A stretch of 64,000 nt of DNA from an uncultured Clostridia bacterium (GCA_934465535.1 CAKSKV010000001.1:167974-231973); one strand, 5' to 3'. Counted from the stretch's first letter, positions 46,127 through 56,731 are shown. Numbers and translations are program-made. Notes: generated by a model from the sequence alone, not told the origin.

Positions 46127-47278
46127 ATGCGCTTTGATAAAAAGAAATTACAAAACATTGAATATATACTGCCCCTTATTATGCTGGCTTTGTTTCTTAT
46201 AGGCATTGTGGCCATTACCATAGCCACGGCAAACCCCTTTACGGGGGAGGAGCTTACCTTCAGCGAGATAATGGCAAACCTTGATTTTTCCGTTGTGGGG
46301 CTTCAGGGTGCCTTTTTTGCCGTCGGGCTTGTTGTTATGGTGCTTATAATGCTGGTGGATTACCGGCTGTATGCAAAGATATGGTATGCGGTTCTGGCGG
46401 CGGGCGTGGGTTTGCTTCTGCTGGTGGTTTTTTTCGGTAAGACGCGCGGCGGCACGCAGGGTTGGATATATCTTAATGCCTCGGGCTCAATAACATTTCA
46501 GCCGTCAGAGCTTGTTAAGCTGGCAATGATACTTGTGTGCGCAAAGTTTCTGGCGGACAGACCAATGGAAAGGTTTGTTGACGTTTTGCCGGCTGCCGGA
46601 GTGTTTGTGCTGATAATAGCGGTGCTGCTTTATCAGATGGATATAGGCACTACGATAGTATATGTTGCGGCCTTTGTGGGTATGGCATTTATGGCGGGCG
46701 TGAAGCTGAGGTACATAGGTGCCTTCGGCCTTGCCGGAGCGGCGTTCGGCGTGTTTGCGTGGTTTGTGCTTATGGGGGACAGACAGCGCTCCAGAATAAT
46801 AAACTTTTTCTCCGGCGGAGACGGAGATGACTTTTTGCAGCTTAACAGGTCCATTGCTGTTATAGGCTCGGGCGGTTTTGCAGGAAAAGGGTTGTTCAGC
46901 GTGGGAGCGCTGAGTCAGCTTAACTATATCCCGGTTATAGAAACGGATTTCATATTTGTTGCCATTGCGGAATCCTTCGGCTTTTTGGGCTGCTTCTTTT
47001 TGCTTTTGGTGTATGCGGCATTTATATTCCGTATGTGGTATCTTGCACGGATCACAAAGGACAAGTTCGGAGCTCTGATTATTTACGGAATTATGTTTAT
47101 GTTTATGTTTCATATATTTGAAAATATAGGCATGACCATAGGCATAATGCCCATAACCGGAATACCGCTGCCCTTTATAAGCAAGGGGGGCACAAACCTT
47201 GTAACAAACATGGCGGCAGTGGGGCTGGTGCTGTCGGTAAGGTTCCACAGAGAACTGACGGAAAAGGAGCGCATATAG
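46127..47278 (+). CDS. rodA: SEDS family peptidoglycan glycosyltransferase RodA/FtsW
   Basis: 10-TM SEDS protein following minDE as in Clostridia. Confidence 0.8.
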   Translation: MRFDKKKLQNIEYILPLIMLALFLIGIVAITIATANPFTGEELTFSEIMANLDFSVVGLQGAFFAVGLVVMVLIMLVDYRLYAKIWYAVLAAGVGLLLLVVFFGKTRGGTQGWIYLNASGSITFQPSELVKLAMILVCAKFLADRPMERFVDVLPAAGVFVLIIAVLLYQMDIGTTIVYVAAFVGMAFMAGVKLRYIGAFGLAGAAFGVFAWFVLMGDRQRSRIINFFSGGDGDDFLQLNRSIAVIGSGGFAGKGLFSVGALSQLNYIPVIETDFIFVAIAESFGFLGCFFLLLVYAAFIFRMWYLARITKDKFGALIIYGIMFMFMFHIFENIGMTIGIMPITGIPLPFISKGGTNLVTNMAAVGLVLSVRFHRELTEKERI

Positions 47279-47450
47279 CGCTTTGCCCGGGCATACCGCA
47301 CTGTCGGCATAATAAAACAAAACAAATAAAATGAGATGCTCCGTGACGGAAAAAGAGCGTGCGGGGGCGGCGATGCGTTTTTTCGCATTGCCCCTTTTCA
47401 AAAAGCTTTTTTTCGGACGGAGTTTTTTTCGGTACACAGGGCGTTCAGGC

Positions 47451-47479
47451 TTGTTTTGCGTTGAAGGCTATGGTATAAT
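47451..47479 (+). promoter_or_regulatory. candidate sigma-A promoter for dxs (TTGTTT-17-TGgTATAAT)
   Basis: sequence match only. Confidence 0.35.
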
Positions 47480-47529
47480 AAATAAAATATCGGCGGTCAA
47501 TTAACGGGGCAATACGGGAGGGGCATGTA

Positions 47530-49362
47530 TTGTACAGTATTAAAGATATAAAATCAATGACGAACGCGCAGCTCGAAGAGGCGGCGGAAAATATACGCGG
47601 CCAAATCATAGCCGCTACTGCACATAACGGCGGGCATCCGGCATCAAATCTCGGTGCGGTGGAGTTGACTGTTGCGCTGCACTGCGTGTTTGATTCTCCG
47701 CGGGACAAGATCGTTTTTGATGTGGGACATCAGGCGTATACGCACAAGCTGCTTACCGGCAGAAGCCTTGAGCATCTGCGCACGGCTAACGGAACGGGAG
47801 GCTTTCCGGATCCGGAGGAGAGCGAGCACGATCAGTTTGCAGTGGGGCACAGCGCCACTGCCGTATCGACGGCGCTGGGTCTTGCGCGGGCAAGGGATAT
47901 ATTAAAGGAAGATTACAGCGTTATAGCGGTAGTGGGAGACGGCGCCTTCGGAGGGGGAATGAATCTTGAGGCGGTAAACGACCTCGGGTACAACAAAACG
48001 CGGCTGATAATCGTGCTTAATGATAACGGCATGTCAATTTCGCGCAATGTCGGGGCAATATCCGGACATTTGGTGCGTCTGCGCACGGCGAAGGGATATG
48101 TCGGACTTAAAAGAGGGCTGGAACGCTTTCTTAAGGCAATACCGTTTGTCGGCGGGTATATTTTCAAAGCGGCTCTGAAGATAAAGAACCTTTTCCGGTA
48201 TATTCTCATAGGCAATACCGTCTTTGATAATATGGGAATAAAATACATAGGCTCGGTGGACGGGCACAATATTGCGGAGCTTAAAAGCATTTTTAAGCGG
48301 GCAAGGGAGGAAACCGTGCCGGTAGTCATCCATGTGCGCACCGTAAAGGGTAGGGGAGATGCGCGGGCGGAGCACGATCCCACGGCATATCACGGGGTTT
48401 CGGCGGCCGGGCAGAGCAAAAAGGAAAACAGCTTTACCTCGTACTTTGCCGACTGGATTGTGCAGAAGGGAAAAAACGACGGGCGGGTCTGCGCCGTTAC
48501 CGCAGGCATGACGGACAGCACGGGACTGAGAGGATTCGCAAAGGAATTTCATGAACGCTTTTTTGATGTGGGAATAGCGGAACAGCATGCCCTGGGAATG
48601 TCGGCCGGCCTTGCAAAGGGAGGGATGCGCCCCTTTGCCGCCATATATTCGACCTTTCTGCAAAGAGCGGCGGATCAGATATTTCAGGAGCTTGAGCTTC
48701 AGAAGCTGCCGGTGGTGCTGTGTATAGACCGCGCCGGCTTTGTTGGGCAGGACGGCAGAACACATCAGGGGGCGTATGATATTGCCATTTTGCGCTCTCA
48801 TGCGCTGCCGATAATGGCGCCGGCAAACGGCAGGCAGCTTTGTCAGATGCTGGAGCTTGCTTCAAATACAAAGGGACCCTGCGCCGTGCGGTATCCAAAG
48901 GGGGATGCACAAGCGTGCAGCGTACCGGAAAAAACGGAATTCGGCAAGTGGCAGCTGCTGGAGGAGGGCGGAGACGCTGCAATAATTGCTTTCGGAGCGC
49001 TGCTGCCCCAGGCGCTGGAAGCGCGAAGAATTCTGCTTGAAAAGGGAATTGAGGCGGCCGTTATAAACGCCTGCTTCATTGAGCCTGTTGATACCGAAAT
49101 GCTGCGTGCGCTCAGACAGCGCATTGTATGCGTGGCGGAGGACAACGCGGCGCCGGGCGGCTTGGGAGAGGCCGCGGCGGAATATGTTAATTGCGAAAAA
49201 TATATAAGCCTTACCGGGGAAAAGGGGCTGCCGCTGCATGATTCCGTTGCGGCGCAGCAGCACCTGAGCGGTCTTGACGCCCAAGGGATTGCCGCAGCGG
49301 TGCTTAAGGAAGCCGAAGTACAAAGAAAATGCGGCAAGCAAGGCTTGGGCGCAAATGCATAA
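47530..49362 (+). CDS. dxs: 1-deoxy-D-xylulose-5-phosphate synthase
   Basis: TPP-binding motifs (GDGAxxGG), transketolase-like; TTG start with GGGAGG RBS. Confidence 0.9.
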   Translation: MYSIKDIKSMTNAQLEEAAENIRGQIIAATAHNGGHPASNLGAVELTVALHCVFDSPRDKIVFDVGHQAYTHKLLTGRSLEHLRTANGTGGFPDPEESEHDQFAVGHSATAVSTALGLARARDILKEDYSVIAVVGDGAFGGGMNLEAVNDLGYNKTRLIIVLNDNGMSISRNVGAISGHLVRLRTAKGYVGLKRGLERFLKAIPFVGGYIFKAALKIKNLFRYILIGNTVFDNMGIKYIGSVDGHNIAELKSIFKRAREETVPVVIHVRTVKGRGDARAEHDPTAYHGVSAAGQSKKENSFTSYFADWIVQKGKNDGRVCAVTAGMTDSTGLRGFAKEFHERFFDVGIAEQHALGMSAGLAKGGMRPFAAIYSTFLQRAADQIFQELELQKLPVVLCIDRAGFVGQDGRTHQGAYDIAILRSHALPIMAPANGRQLCQMLELASNTKGPCAVRYPKGDAQACSVPEKTEFGKWQLLEEGGDAAIIAFGALLPQALEARRILLEKGIEAAVINACFIEPVDTEMLRALRQRIVCVAEDNAAPGGLGEAAAEYVNCEKYISLTGEKGLPLHDSVAAQQHLSGLDAQGIAAAVLKEAEVQRKCGKQGLGANA

Positions 49363-49536
49363 TTGTGCAGAAACGGGCTTAGAAATGCCTGATGCATGCC
49401 GCAAACGGCTGATTATGCATATTGGTGTTGAATATTTATTCATTATGTAGTATAATATGCATCCGTAAAGGCGCTGCGGTGCCGTAAAACAGGGCAAGAC
49501 GCATAGCGCGAAAAGCAATACTTTGAAAATGTCGGG

Positions 49537-50382
49537 GTGATGCCGATGAACGGAGAAAACAAAAAAACGGTTGTCGTCGGTATTTATGTAAATACAGACA
49601 GAGCGGATATGTCATTGGCGGAAAGCGTAAAAGCGCAGCTGCTTGCACAGCAGCTTAAGGCGTCGGTATTCTGCGCTCCCGGGCTTTCGGAGCAGGAGAC
49701 TGCCGAGAATTTTATACAGGGCTGCGATGCAGTGCTTGTGCTGGGCGGCGACGGTACATTGCTTATGGTTTCAAAAATCTGCGCGCGCCTTGCGGTGCCT
49801 GTTATGGGCATAAACATGGGGCGTCTTGGCTTTCTTTCGGAGGCGGAGCTTTCGGAAACGGAAAAAGCGGCCAAGGCTTTGGCAAGCGGGAATTATCTTA
49901 TCGAAGACAGAATGATGCTTTGCTGCCGTGTGGACGGCAGAGAGCTTTATGCGCTTAATGAGGTGGTGCTGCACCGCAGTACGGATGAAAGAATGATAAG
50001 GCTCAGCGTCAGCGCGGACGGGCAGGCGGTGGATCGCTTTTATGCCGACGGAGTGCTGGCGGCGTCGCCTACCGGGTCAACGGCATACAATCTATCGGCC
50101 GGAGGACCTATCGCATCGCCGGGGGCGCAGGTGATGCTGCTCACTCCCATATGTGCACATACATTAAGAGCGCGGCCGTATGTTTTTGCAGCGGAGGAAC
50201 GGTTGGCTATAAGCTCCGAGGGGCAGACGGTCATAGCCATTGACGGAGCGGAGGTATGCCGCGGGCGCAATTGCAGTGTGCAGGTGTACAGGGCGCCGTT
50301 TAGGGCAAGGTTCATAAAAATATCGCACAGAAGCTTCTATCAAAGGCTTAACAGCAAGCTAAACGAATGGAGCACAGATTAG
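49537..50382 (+). CDS. nadK: NAD kinase
   Basis: GGDGTLL motif, PpnK family. Confidence 0.85.
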   Translation: MMPMNGENKKTVVVGIYVNTDRADMSLAESVKAQLLAQQLKASVFCAPGLSEQETAENFIQGCDAVLVLGGDGTLLMVSKICARLAVPVMGINMGRLGFLSEAELSETEKAAKALASGNYLIEDRMMLCCRVDGRELYALNEVVLHRSTDERMIRLSVSADGQAVDRFYADGVLAASPTGSTAYNLSAGGPIASPGAQVMLLTPICAHTLRARPYVFAAEERLAISSEGQTVIAIDGAEVCRGRNCSVQVYRAPFRARFIKISHRSFYQRLNSKLNEWSTD

Positions 50383-50437
50383 GAGCCCGGAATAAAAAGG
50401 AAGGGGGCTGCTTTGCGCGGCCGTACAGCGGAAGAAT

Positions 50438-50899
50438 ATGAAATCGGGAAGACAGGATAGAATACTGGAAATAATCCGGGATAATGAGGTGCGCACGCAG
50501 CAGGAGCTTGCGGCGCGGCTTCGGAGCGAGGGCTTCGATGTTACTCAGGCTACCGTTTCCAGAGATATAAAAGAGCTGAATCTTATAAAGACGGCCTGCG
50601 AGCAGGGCGGCTACCGTTACAGCGTTCAGAGCGGGGTCCGTCAGGAGGAGCAGGACAGGCTGCACAGGATATTTGCAAGCACAGTGCTCGAGGTGCGCAG
50701 CGCCAACAATCTTATCGTGCTTAAAACCATGGAGGGCAGCGCGAACACCGTAGCGGTAGTGATAGACGGGCTTAATAACGATGATATTCTCGGCTGCATC
50801 GCCGGGGATGATACGATACTTATCGTTGTAAGCGGAAACGATAAAACGGCGGAGATCATCGGGCTTATTGATGAGCTCAGGGGTCAGGCGGAGGTTTAG
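50438..50899 (+). CDS. argR: arginine repressor
   Basis: ArgR winged helix N-terminus and C-terminal oligomerisation domain. Confidence 0.85.
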   Translation: MKSGRQDRILEIIRDNEVRTQQELAARLRSEGFDVTQATVSRDIKELNLIKTACEQGGYRYSVQSGVRQEEQDRLHRIFASTVLEVRSANNLIVLKTMEGSANTVAVVIDGLNNDDILGCIAGDDTILIVVSGNDKTAEIIGLIDELRGQAEV

Positions 50900-50901
50900 G
50901 T

Positions 50902-52602
50902 ATGCTTCAAAGCCTTAGCGTAAAAAACATTGCGCTTATTGACGGGATCACCGTGGAACTCTCTGACGGCTTTAATGTGATCACGGGCGAGACCGGCGCA
51001 GGAAAATCAATTCTGGTGGATTCGCTGGAGCTGCTGCTTGGCGACAGGGCGGACAAGGCGCTGGTGCGTACGGGCGCGCAGTCCGCAGAGGTTGAGGGCG
51101 TGTTTTTTGTGCGCCCGGAGGTGCGCCAAAAGGTTTTCGGGCTTCTTGATGTGCCGCCGGAGGAGGAACTGGCGGTAAGAAGAACGCTTGCGGCGGACGG
51201 ACGCAGCACCGTGCGCGTAAACGGACATGCGGTTACGCTCTCCATGCTGCGTGCAGCCATGGAGTATGTGGCGGATATATACGGTCAGCACGAAAGCACG
51301 GCGCTGCTGCATAAGGAAAATCATCTTCGTTTACTTGATGCCTATGCGCATGAAAAGCTGAAGGAACAGCTGGCAGAGTGCGCAGAGCTGTATTCGGGGT
51401 ACAGCGAAATAAAGCGCCGGCTGAGCGCCGGGTACGGAAGCCCCGAGGAAAGAGCACGCAGAATGGATATGCTGCGCTTTCAGATAGAGGAAATAGAGAC
51501 AGCCGCCATAGAGGAGGATGAAGAAGCGCAGCTGTATAAAGACAGGGAACGCTTAAGAAATGCAGAAAGAATAGCCGAAGGCATAAATGCCGCGCACGAG
51601 GCACTTAACGGTGAGGAGGACGGTGCGTGTCAGGCGCTGAGCGTTGCGGTAAAAGCCTTGCGGGAAGTGGCCGGAATGGACGAGAGTATGGCAGAGTTTG
51701 CGCAGCGTTTGCAGGATGCGCTTTACGAAGCGGAGGATATATCGCAGGAGTTGGACAATATATCGCAGTATGAGCAGGGCGAACAGAGTCTGGAAGAGCT
51801 GGAGGAGCGCATAGAGGAGCTTAAGCAGCTTAAAAGAAAGTACGGAGCCAGCCTTGCGGAGGTGGCGGAGTATGCAAAAAATGCGCGTGCCGAGCTTGAG
51901 GAGCTGGAAAATGCGGAGGATACTGTACTCAGACTGGCGTCGGATATGGATAAAACACGCACCCGCCTTTACCAATGCAGTGTCAAGCTGGACGCTATGC
52001 GCCGCGAAGCGGCAAAAGAGTTTGAAGATGCACTGTCAAAGGAGCTTAAGCTGCTGGGCATGAAAAGCGCGGTCTTTTCGGTGGAATTTGCGCCCCTGCC
52101 GCAAAAGGAGCAGGCAGTGTTCACTCCGGAGGGGATAAGCGAAGCGGAGTTTCTGTTCTCGGCAAACCTTGGAGAACCGCTTAAACCCCTGTACAGAGTT
52201 ATTTCAGGCGGTGAAATGAGCAGGTTCATGTTGGCGTTAAAGAGCATAATGGCCGATTGCGATAATATAGACACTATGGTCTTTGACGAGATAGATACCG
52301 GCATAAGCGGCCGTATGGCGCAGGTAACGGCGGAAAAGATGGCGGGAATAGCACTGGGGCATCAGGTGCTGTGCGTTACGCATCTGCCGCAGATAGCCGC
52401 GATGGCTGACAAGCACTTTTTCATATCAAAAAGCGAGCGCAACGGAAAAACCGTAACCGAACTGGAAGACTTGGACAGCGACAGACGCTGCGTCGAGATA
52501 GCGCGGCTTGCCGGAGGCGAGCTGACAAAAATCGCGCTTGCCCACGCGCAGGAAATGCTTAAAGCGGCGCAGGAGTATAAAATGCGGGCAGCAAACGGGT
52601 AA
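50902..52602 (+). CDS. recN: DNA repair protein RecN
   Basis: SMC-like with Walker A GETGAGKS and long coiled coil. Confidence 0.9.
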   Translation: MLQSLSVKNIALIDGITVELSDGFNVITGETGAGKSILVDSLELLLGDRADKALVRTGAQSAEVEGVFFVRPEVRQKVFGLLDVPPEEELAVRRTLAADGRSTVRVNGHAVTLSMLRAAMEYVADIYGQHESTALLHKENHLRLLDAYAHEKLKEQLAECAELYSGYSEIKRRLSAGYGSPEERARRMDMLRFQIEEIETAAIEEDEEAQLYKDRERLRNAERIAEGINAAHEALNGEEDGACQALSVAVKALREVAGMDESMAEFAQRLQDALYEAEDISQELDNISQYEQGEQSLEELEERIEELKQLKRKYGASLAEVAEYAKNARAELEELENAEDTVLRLASDMDKTRTRLYQCSVKLDAMRREAAKEFEDALSKELKLLGMKSAVFSVEFAPLPQKEQAVFTPEGISEAEFLFSANLGEPLKPLYRVISGGEMSRFMLALKSIMADCDNIDTMVFDEIDTGISGRMAQVTAEKMAGIALGHQVLCVTHLPQIAAMADKHFFISKSERNGKTVTELEDLDSDRRCVEIARLAGGELTKIALAHAQEMLKAAQEYKMRAANG

Positions 52603-52618
52603 TATTTAAGATAATAAA

Positions 52619-55468
52619 TTATATCGCGGCCGGGGCATTGCCCCGGCCTTTTGTGCGCCGGCAAATGCCGTGTTGTTCCTGTATTTCGACTGTATTGTTC
52701 AGCTCGTGTATTGCCGCCTGATACGAGCGCAGGGATTTCGTCTCCTGCTCATTCTGCGCTATCTGCATGAAGAGGTTGGAAAGCTCCTTGCGCGGGTTGA
52801 ACTGGTTCTCATCGCTGCGCAGCTCAAGGTGAATGTCCGGCGAAGATGTCGGGGTTTTGTTATCAAAGCTCTTGAACTGATCGCTGCCGAAGGCCACATA
52901 CACATTGGCGTTGTCGTATTTGCCCTCTACAATGTAACCGTCATAGCCCAGCACCTTGCGCACGGCATCCATAACATTTCCGCTGCCTGCGCCCGCATTG
53001 GCTATCTCCGCCAATATCTCGCTGTCGCTTTCGCTGGTGCTCATAATCATGTTTACGGTATCGGAAAGCGCCCTGTTATACCACGCTTTGGAGGGGTAGC
53101 CCATACCGCCCTGCGAATCGTAATTCAGTATTACATCGTCGCCGGTGGGGTCTAATGCCTTAAGCAGCCGTTTTACCTCCGGCGCGGAAAGCGTTACCTC
53201 GCTGTCGCTCAGCGGATTTGTAATGTTCAGATAGCCTTCAAGCAGCTGTCCGCCCTTTTTCTGATAGCCCTCCGCCATGTCCTTGTAGTCCGTGAAATAA
53301 AAGCCCTGTCCCTCGGAGCTGCCGTGCTGGCTCATGAAGTCGGCGGAGAACACATTGAATACGGCAGAGCTGCCGTGGTATACGGTTTTCAGCCGTCCGT
53401 CCTTGTCCCGCACCTGACTGTCCTTGAATTTCTCCGCCTGCGCCTTCGTCAGCTCTCTGCCCTGATTGTCCCGCAGCTCGTACAGTATATCCCGGTTGCC
53501 TTTGTCGAATGTGCCTATGTTGTCCGTCGCGGACTTGAGCTGCGTGGGGTCAAAGGCTACCCATTCAATACCGTCATGTATGCCGTCATAGCCGAGGTGC
53601 TTAAGAATATCGCTTGTCTTGATTCCGTTGTCGGCGGCATATTCGGACAGGTAATCCATAACGCGCGTCGGGGTCATCAGCTTTTGCTGCGCATGCTTTC
53701 GGTATACGCCGTCGTATGCGTCAAGGTTATGCTTAGTGGCAGCGTAAGTATTCAGCACTTCATCGGCCTGCGCTTTGGTCAATTTCATTTCAAACGGGTG
53801 CTTTATGTCCGCATAGACATCCATTCTGTTCTTGCCGTAGTCCATAAAGGCGGTCTTGCTGGAGGATATGTATATACCGTCGCCGAGCCGCATTCCCTGA
53901 TTGCTTCCGCTGCGTGCGGGGTCAAAAACAGTAAAGGTGCTGTCGGTGTAGTGGTACATCACTCGCGGCGTACCGTCGGCGTTTACCACCTTGCTTGCAC
54001 GCTTGGGATTCTTCTGCCAGTCACCGAACCAGCGCTTGAATTGCTGCGTTTGCGTAACATTTTCAAATTTTGTGTTGACAAACGAACCGGCATCGCGTAT
54101 ACTGTGAATGTAGCCATCGGTTACTGTCTTTCCACCGGGGAATTGTACCCCGGATGCATTGAACAGAGCGGTGGCGCTTTTTTTATTCAAGTAGAACAGG
54201 CGAACAGCGGTGTCGGAATCGTTAGTTATCGCGTCTGCCAAGAGTTTTGCTGCATTGGCGCGCGTATGTATGGAGGTTATGGCGTTACTGTCTATGCGCT
54301 CTCCATTCATGATGCCGTAACCCTCAATTTCAACAGCAGCAAACATAGGCTTGTTTCCGAATGACAAGTCCAATATTGCCACAATGCTGGACTGCGGCTT
54401 GGTGTTTGAAGCAATTATTGCGACAGGATTTTTCATTGCTTCTGGGATACGCTTCAGATTTGCCTCGCCGAAGTTATGATCCACTTTATTCCCCTGCAGG
54501 ACATCTTTAAGGTGCCCGGTCGCATAAGTCATGGGCAGTGCGTTCAGCCCTATTTTTTGGAACACTTCCGGTGTTGCGCCGACAATGAGTGTGTCGTATT
54601 TAGGGAATTTTCCGGCCTTGTAGTCGTCTATCTGCTGTGCAAAGGTTTTGGAATAGTCGTAGGAACGGATTTCCGACATGGTATCTTTTCCCGCGCTCTT
54701 CCTGCCTTCGTTCTCCTTTATCGCCCCCTTAAGCGCATTGTCCCACAGCTTCTGCGTTTCCTTAAGGCTGGTTTCGCTTGCCGCTATGGCGCGGGCTTCG
54801 GGGCTGGTGGCGTCAAGGTTTTCAAAGGCGGCCTTTCTGTTGGCGGAAAGCTTTTTAATAAAGCCGTCAAGCCCCGCCTTTATGCGCTGCGCAAGAGACA
54901 GGTTCTGCCGCGCCAGTTTTTCAAACACTTCACTGTTTTTCAGCATCATTTCACAGGCGGCTGCCACCATTTCTTCCTTTGCCTGTTCGCGGGTAAGCTC
55001 CTTGCCCACCTGATCTTTGTACTGCTCCTGTATGTCCTCTATGCGGTTATCTACGCTCTTTTCGCCGTACTGCTCCGTAAACCGGGACAGAACATAATCC
55101 TCAAGCAGGGAATAGGTCTGCGTGCCGGAGGCGGCTATATAGTGCGTTATTTCATGCGACGCCGTTTTCAGTATTGCACTGCCGGTTATGTCGGTAATGC
55201 TCTGCATGCCGGCATTGACGGAAACATACAGGGTATTGGTTACACCGTCGTAATGCCCGTTTTCCACTGCAAACGCGCCTGTTACATCCACGCCCGACAT
55301 AAGGGTTATGTTTATGCCGGAAACCTCGCTGACGGCCTTCAGATAGCTTACCGCGGCGGTCTGCTTGGTGGTGAGTAGAACGGATCCGGCATTGTCAAAA
55401 GCATAAGCAAGACCGGAATATATTTGAAAAATGCGTGAAACGGCATCGGAAATTTCGGCATTAAACAA
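52619..55468 (-). CDS. large orphan protein: HExxH zincin-like region plus two tandem ADP-ribosyltransferase-like modules (resembles phage/ICE polyvalent proteins)
   Basis: SHEITHY; two repeats of YH[YG]xxxxFxVF...G[IF]Y[IF][ST] with H-G-S in the second. Confidence 0.5.
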   Translation of the reverse strand: MFNAEISDAVSRIFQIYSGLAYAFDNAGSVLLTTKQTAAVSYLKAVSEVSGINITLMSGVDVTGAFAVENGHYDGVTNTLYVSVNAGMQSITDITGSAILKTASHEITHYIAASGTQTYSLLEDYVLSRFTEQYGEKSVDNRIEDIQEQYKDQVGKELTREQAKEEMVAAACEMMLKNSEVFEKLARQNLSLAQRIKAGLDGFIKKLSANRKAAFENLDATSPEARAIAASETSLKETQKLWDNALKGAIKENEGRKSAGKDTMSEIRSYDYSKTFAQQIDDYKAGKFPKYDTLIVGATPEVFQKIGLNALPMTYATGHLKDVLQGNKVDHNFGEANLKRIPEAMKNPVAIIASNTKPQSSIVAILDLSFGNKPMFAAVEIEGYGIMNGERIDSNAITSIHTRANAAKLLADAITNDSDTAVRLFYLNKKSATALFNASGVQFPGGKTVTDGYIHSIRDAGSFVNTKFENVTQTQQFKRWFGDWQKNPKRASKVVNADGTPRVMYHYTDSTFTVFDPARSGSNQGMRLGDGIYISSSKTAFMDYGKNRMDVYADIKHPFEMKLTKAQADEVLNTYAATKHNLDAYDGVYRKHAQQKLMTPTRVMDYLSEYAADNGIKTSDILKHLGYDGIHDGIEWVAFDPTQLKSATDNIGTFDKGNRDILYELRDNQGRELTKAQAEKFKDSQVRDKDGRLKTVYHGSSAVFNVFSADFMSQHGSSEGQGFYFTDYKDMAEGYQKKGGQLLEGYLNITNPLSDSEVTLSAPEVKRLLKALDPTGDDVILNYDSQGGMGYPSKAWYNRALSDTVNMIMSTSESDSEILAEIANAGAGSGNVMDAVRKVLGYDGYIVEGKYDNANVYVAFGSDQFKSFDNKTPTSSPDIHLELRSDENQFNPRKELSNLFMQIAQNEQETKSLRSYQAAIHELNNTVEIQEQHGICRRTKGRGNAPAAI
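52628..52653 (+). terminator. rho-independent terminator after recN (GGCCGGGG-cattg-CCCCGGCC-TTTTG), possibly bidirectional
   Basis: 8-bp GC stem plus T-run. Confidence 0.7.
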
Positions 55469-55537
55469 GGTGTGTGCGATTCATCAAAAATCTTATAAAT
55501 ATTAATAAAATATTCATTAAAAATATTGGGAAAACTA

Positions 55538-55566
55538 TTGACAAAAACAATTAACGGATATATACT
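55538..55566 (+). promoter_or_regulatory. sigma-A promoter of hrcA operon (TTGACA-17-TATACT)
   Basis: consensus -35 and near-consensus -10 immediately upstream of CIRCE. Confidence 0.6.
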
Positions 55567-55575
55567 TTCCTCAAG

Positions 55576-55602
55576 TTAGCACTCAAGAGGTGCGAGTGCT
55601 AA
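55576..55602 (+). promoter_or_regulatory. CIRCE operator (TTAGCACTC-N9-GAGTGCTAA), HrcA binding site
   Basis: perfect match to CIRCE consensus. Confidence 0.9.
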
Positions 55603-55654
55603 CGAAGTTTGAATGTTACATACAAACAAAGGCGAAGAAGGGAGCGGCGCGAAT

Positions 55655-56731
55655 ATGGAACTTTCGGAGCGTAAAAAGAAAATCCTTAAGACCATAATCG
55701 ACGACTATATCTCTACGGCAATGCCGGTGGGTTCAAAGACAATAGCCGAGCATATGGGCATGAGCATAAGCTCTGCAACGGTGCGCAACGAGATGAACGA
55801 GCTGGAAAGCATGGGCTATCTTGATCAGCCGCATACTTCGGCGGGCAGGATACCTTCGGACAAGGCGTTCAGAATGTATGTGGACAGCCTGCTTGAAATG
55901 ACACAGCTTACCGCACCGGAGATAAGCTTTGCAAGTGATTATTATGACGAACGGATGGTGCAGACGGAAGCGGTGCTCAAGGCGGCGGCTTCGGCCATAA
56001 GCGAAGCTACGGATTATGTATCCGTGGTTATGGCGCCAAGGCTCAGTTCGGTTACAATAAGGCATTTGCAGCTGGTGCCGATAAGCGACAATTCGGCACT
56101 TGCGGTGCTGGTAACGGATGCCGGCGTAATCAGAGATACGCCCATCGCCTTCAACACCGCAGTTACGCCGGAACAGCTTGAAGATGTAAGCAAGGCGCTC
56201 AACAATATATTTGCAGGGCGCAGGCTGACATCGGAGGATCTGAACATTCATTCCGAGATAATGCAGGAGCTTCAGGGTCAGCGCGAGGTGTTCTCACAGG
56301 TAACGGATATACTCCGCAGCCATTTGCTCACCTCGGACACCGCTTTTACGGTGGGAGGCACGGCAAAGCTGCTGAGCCATCCCGAATACAGCGATGTTGA
56401 GCGTGCCCGGGATATGCTCCAGCTGCTGGACTCCGGCAGCGAGATAGGCTCTGTGCTGAAGGAATCCGACGGCGTGGAAATGAAGGTTTCCATAGGCAGT
56501 GAAAACCGCAGCAGCCGCCTTAAGGATTGCGCGGTAGTGACCGCGAGCTACAAGATAGGCGACAGAAACGCCGGAACAATCGGCGTTATAGGGCCGGTGC
56601 GCATGCAGTATGATAAGGTAATCAAGGTGCTCTCATATATGAAGCAGTCCCTTTCGGAGGTTCTGGGAAGCTCCGGAAAGCTTATTGAAGAGGGCGGTAA
56701 GGAGAAGGAAAATGAAGAAGGAAAAAACTGA
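55655..56731 (+). CDS. hrcA: heat-inducible transcription repressor HrcA
   Basis: HrcA family; start at MELSERKKKIL. Confidence 0.9.
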   Translation: MELSERKKKILKTIIDDYISTAMPVGSKTIAEHMGMSISSATVRNEMNELESMGYLDQPHTSAGRIPSDKAFRMYVDSLLEMTQLTAPEISFASDYYDERMVQTEAVLKAAASAISEATDYVSVVMAPRLSSVTIRHLQLVPISDNSALAVLVTDAGVIRDTPIAFNTAVTPEQLEDVSKALNNIFAGRRLTSEDLNIHSEIMQELQGQREVFSQVTDILRSHLLTSDTAFTVGGTAKLLSHPEYSDVERARDMLQLLDSGSEIGSVLKESDGVEMKVSIGSENRSSRLKDCAVVTASYKIGDRNAGTIGVIGPVRMQYDKVIKVLSYMKQSLSEVLGSSGKLIEEGGKEKENEEGKN

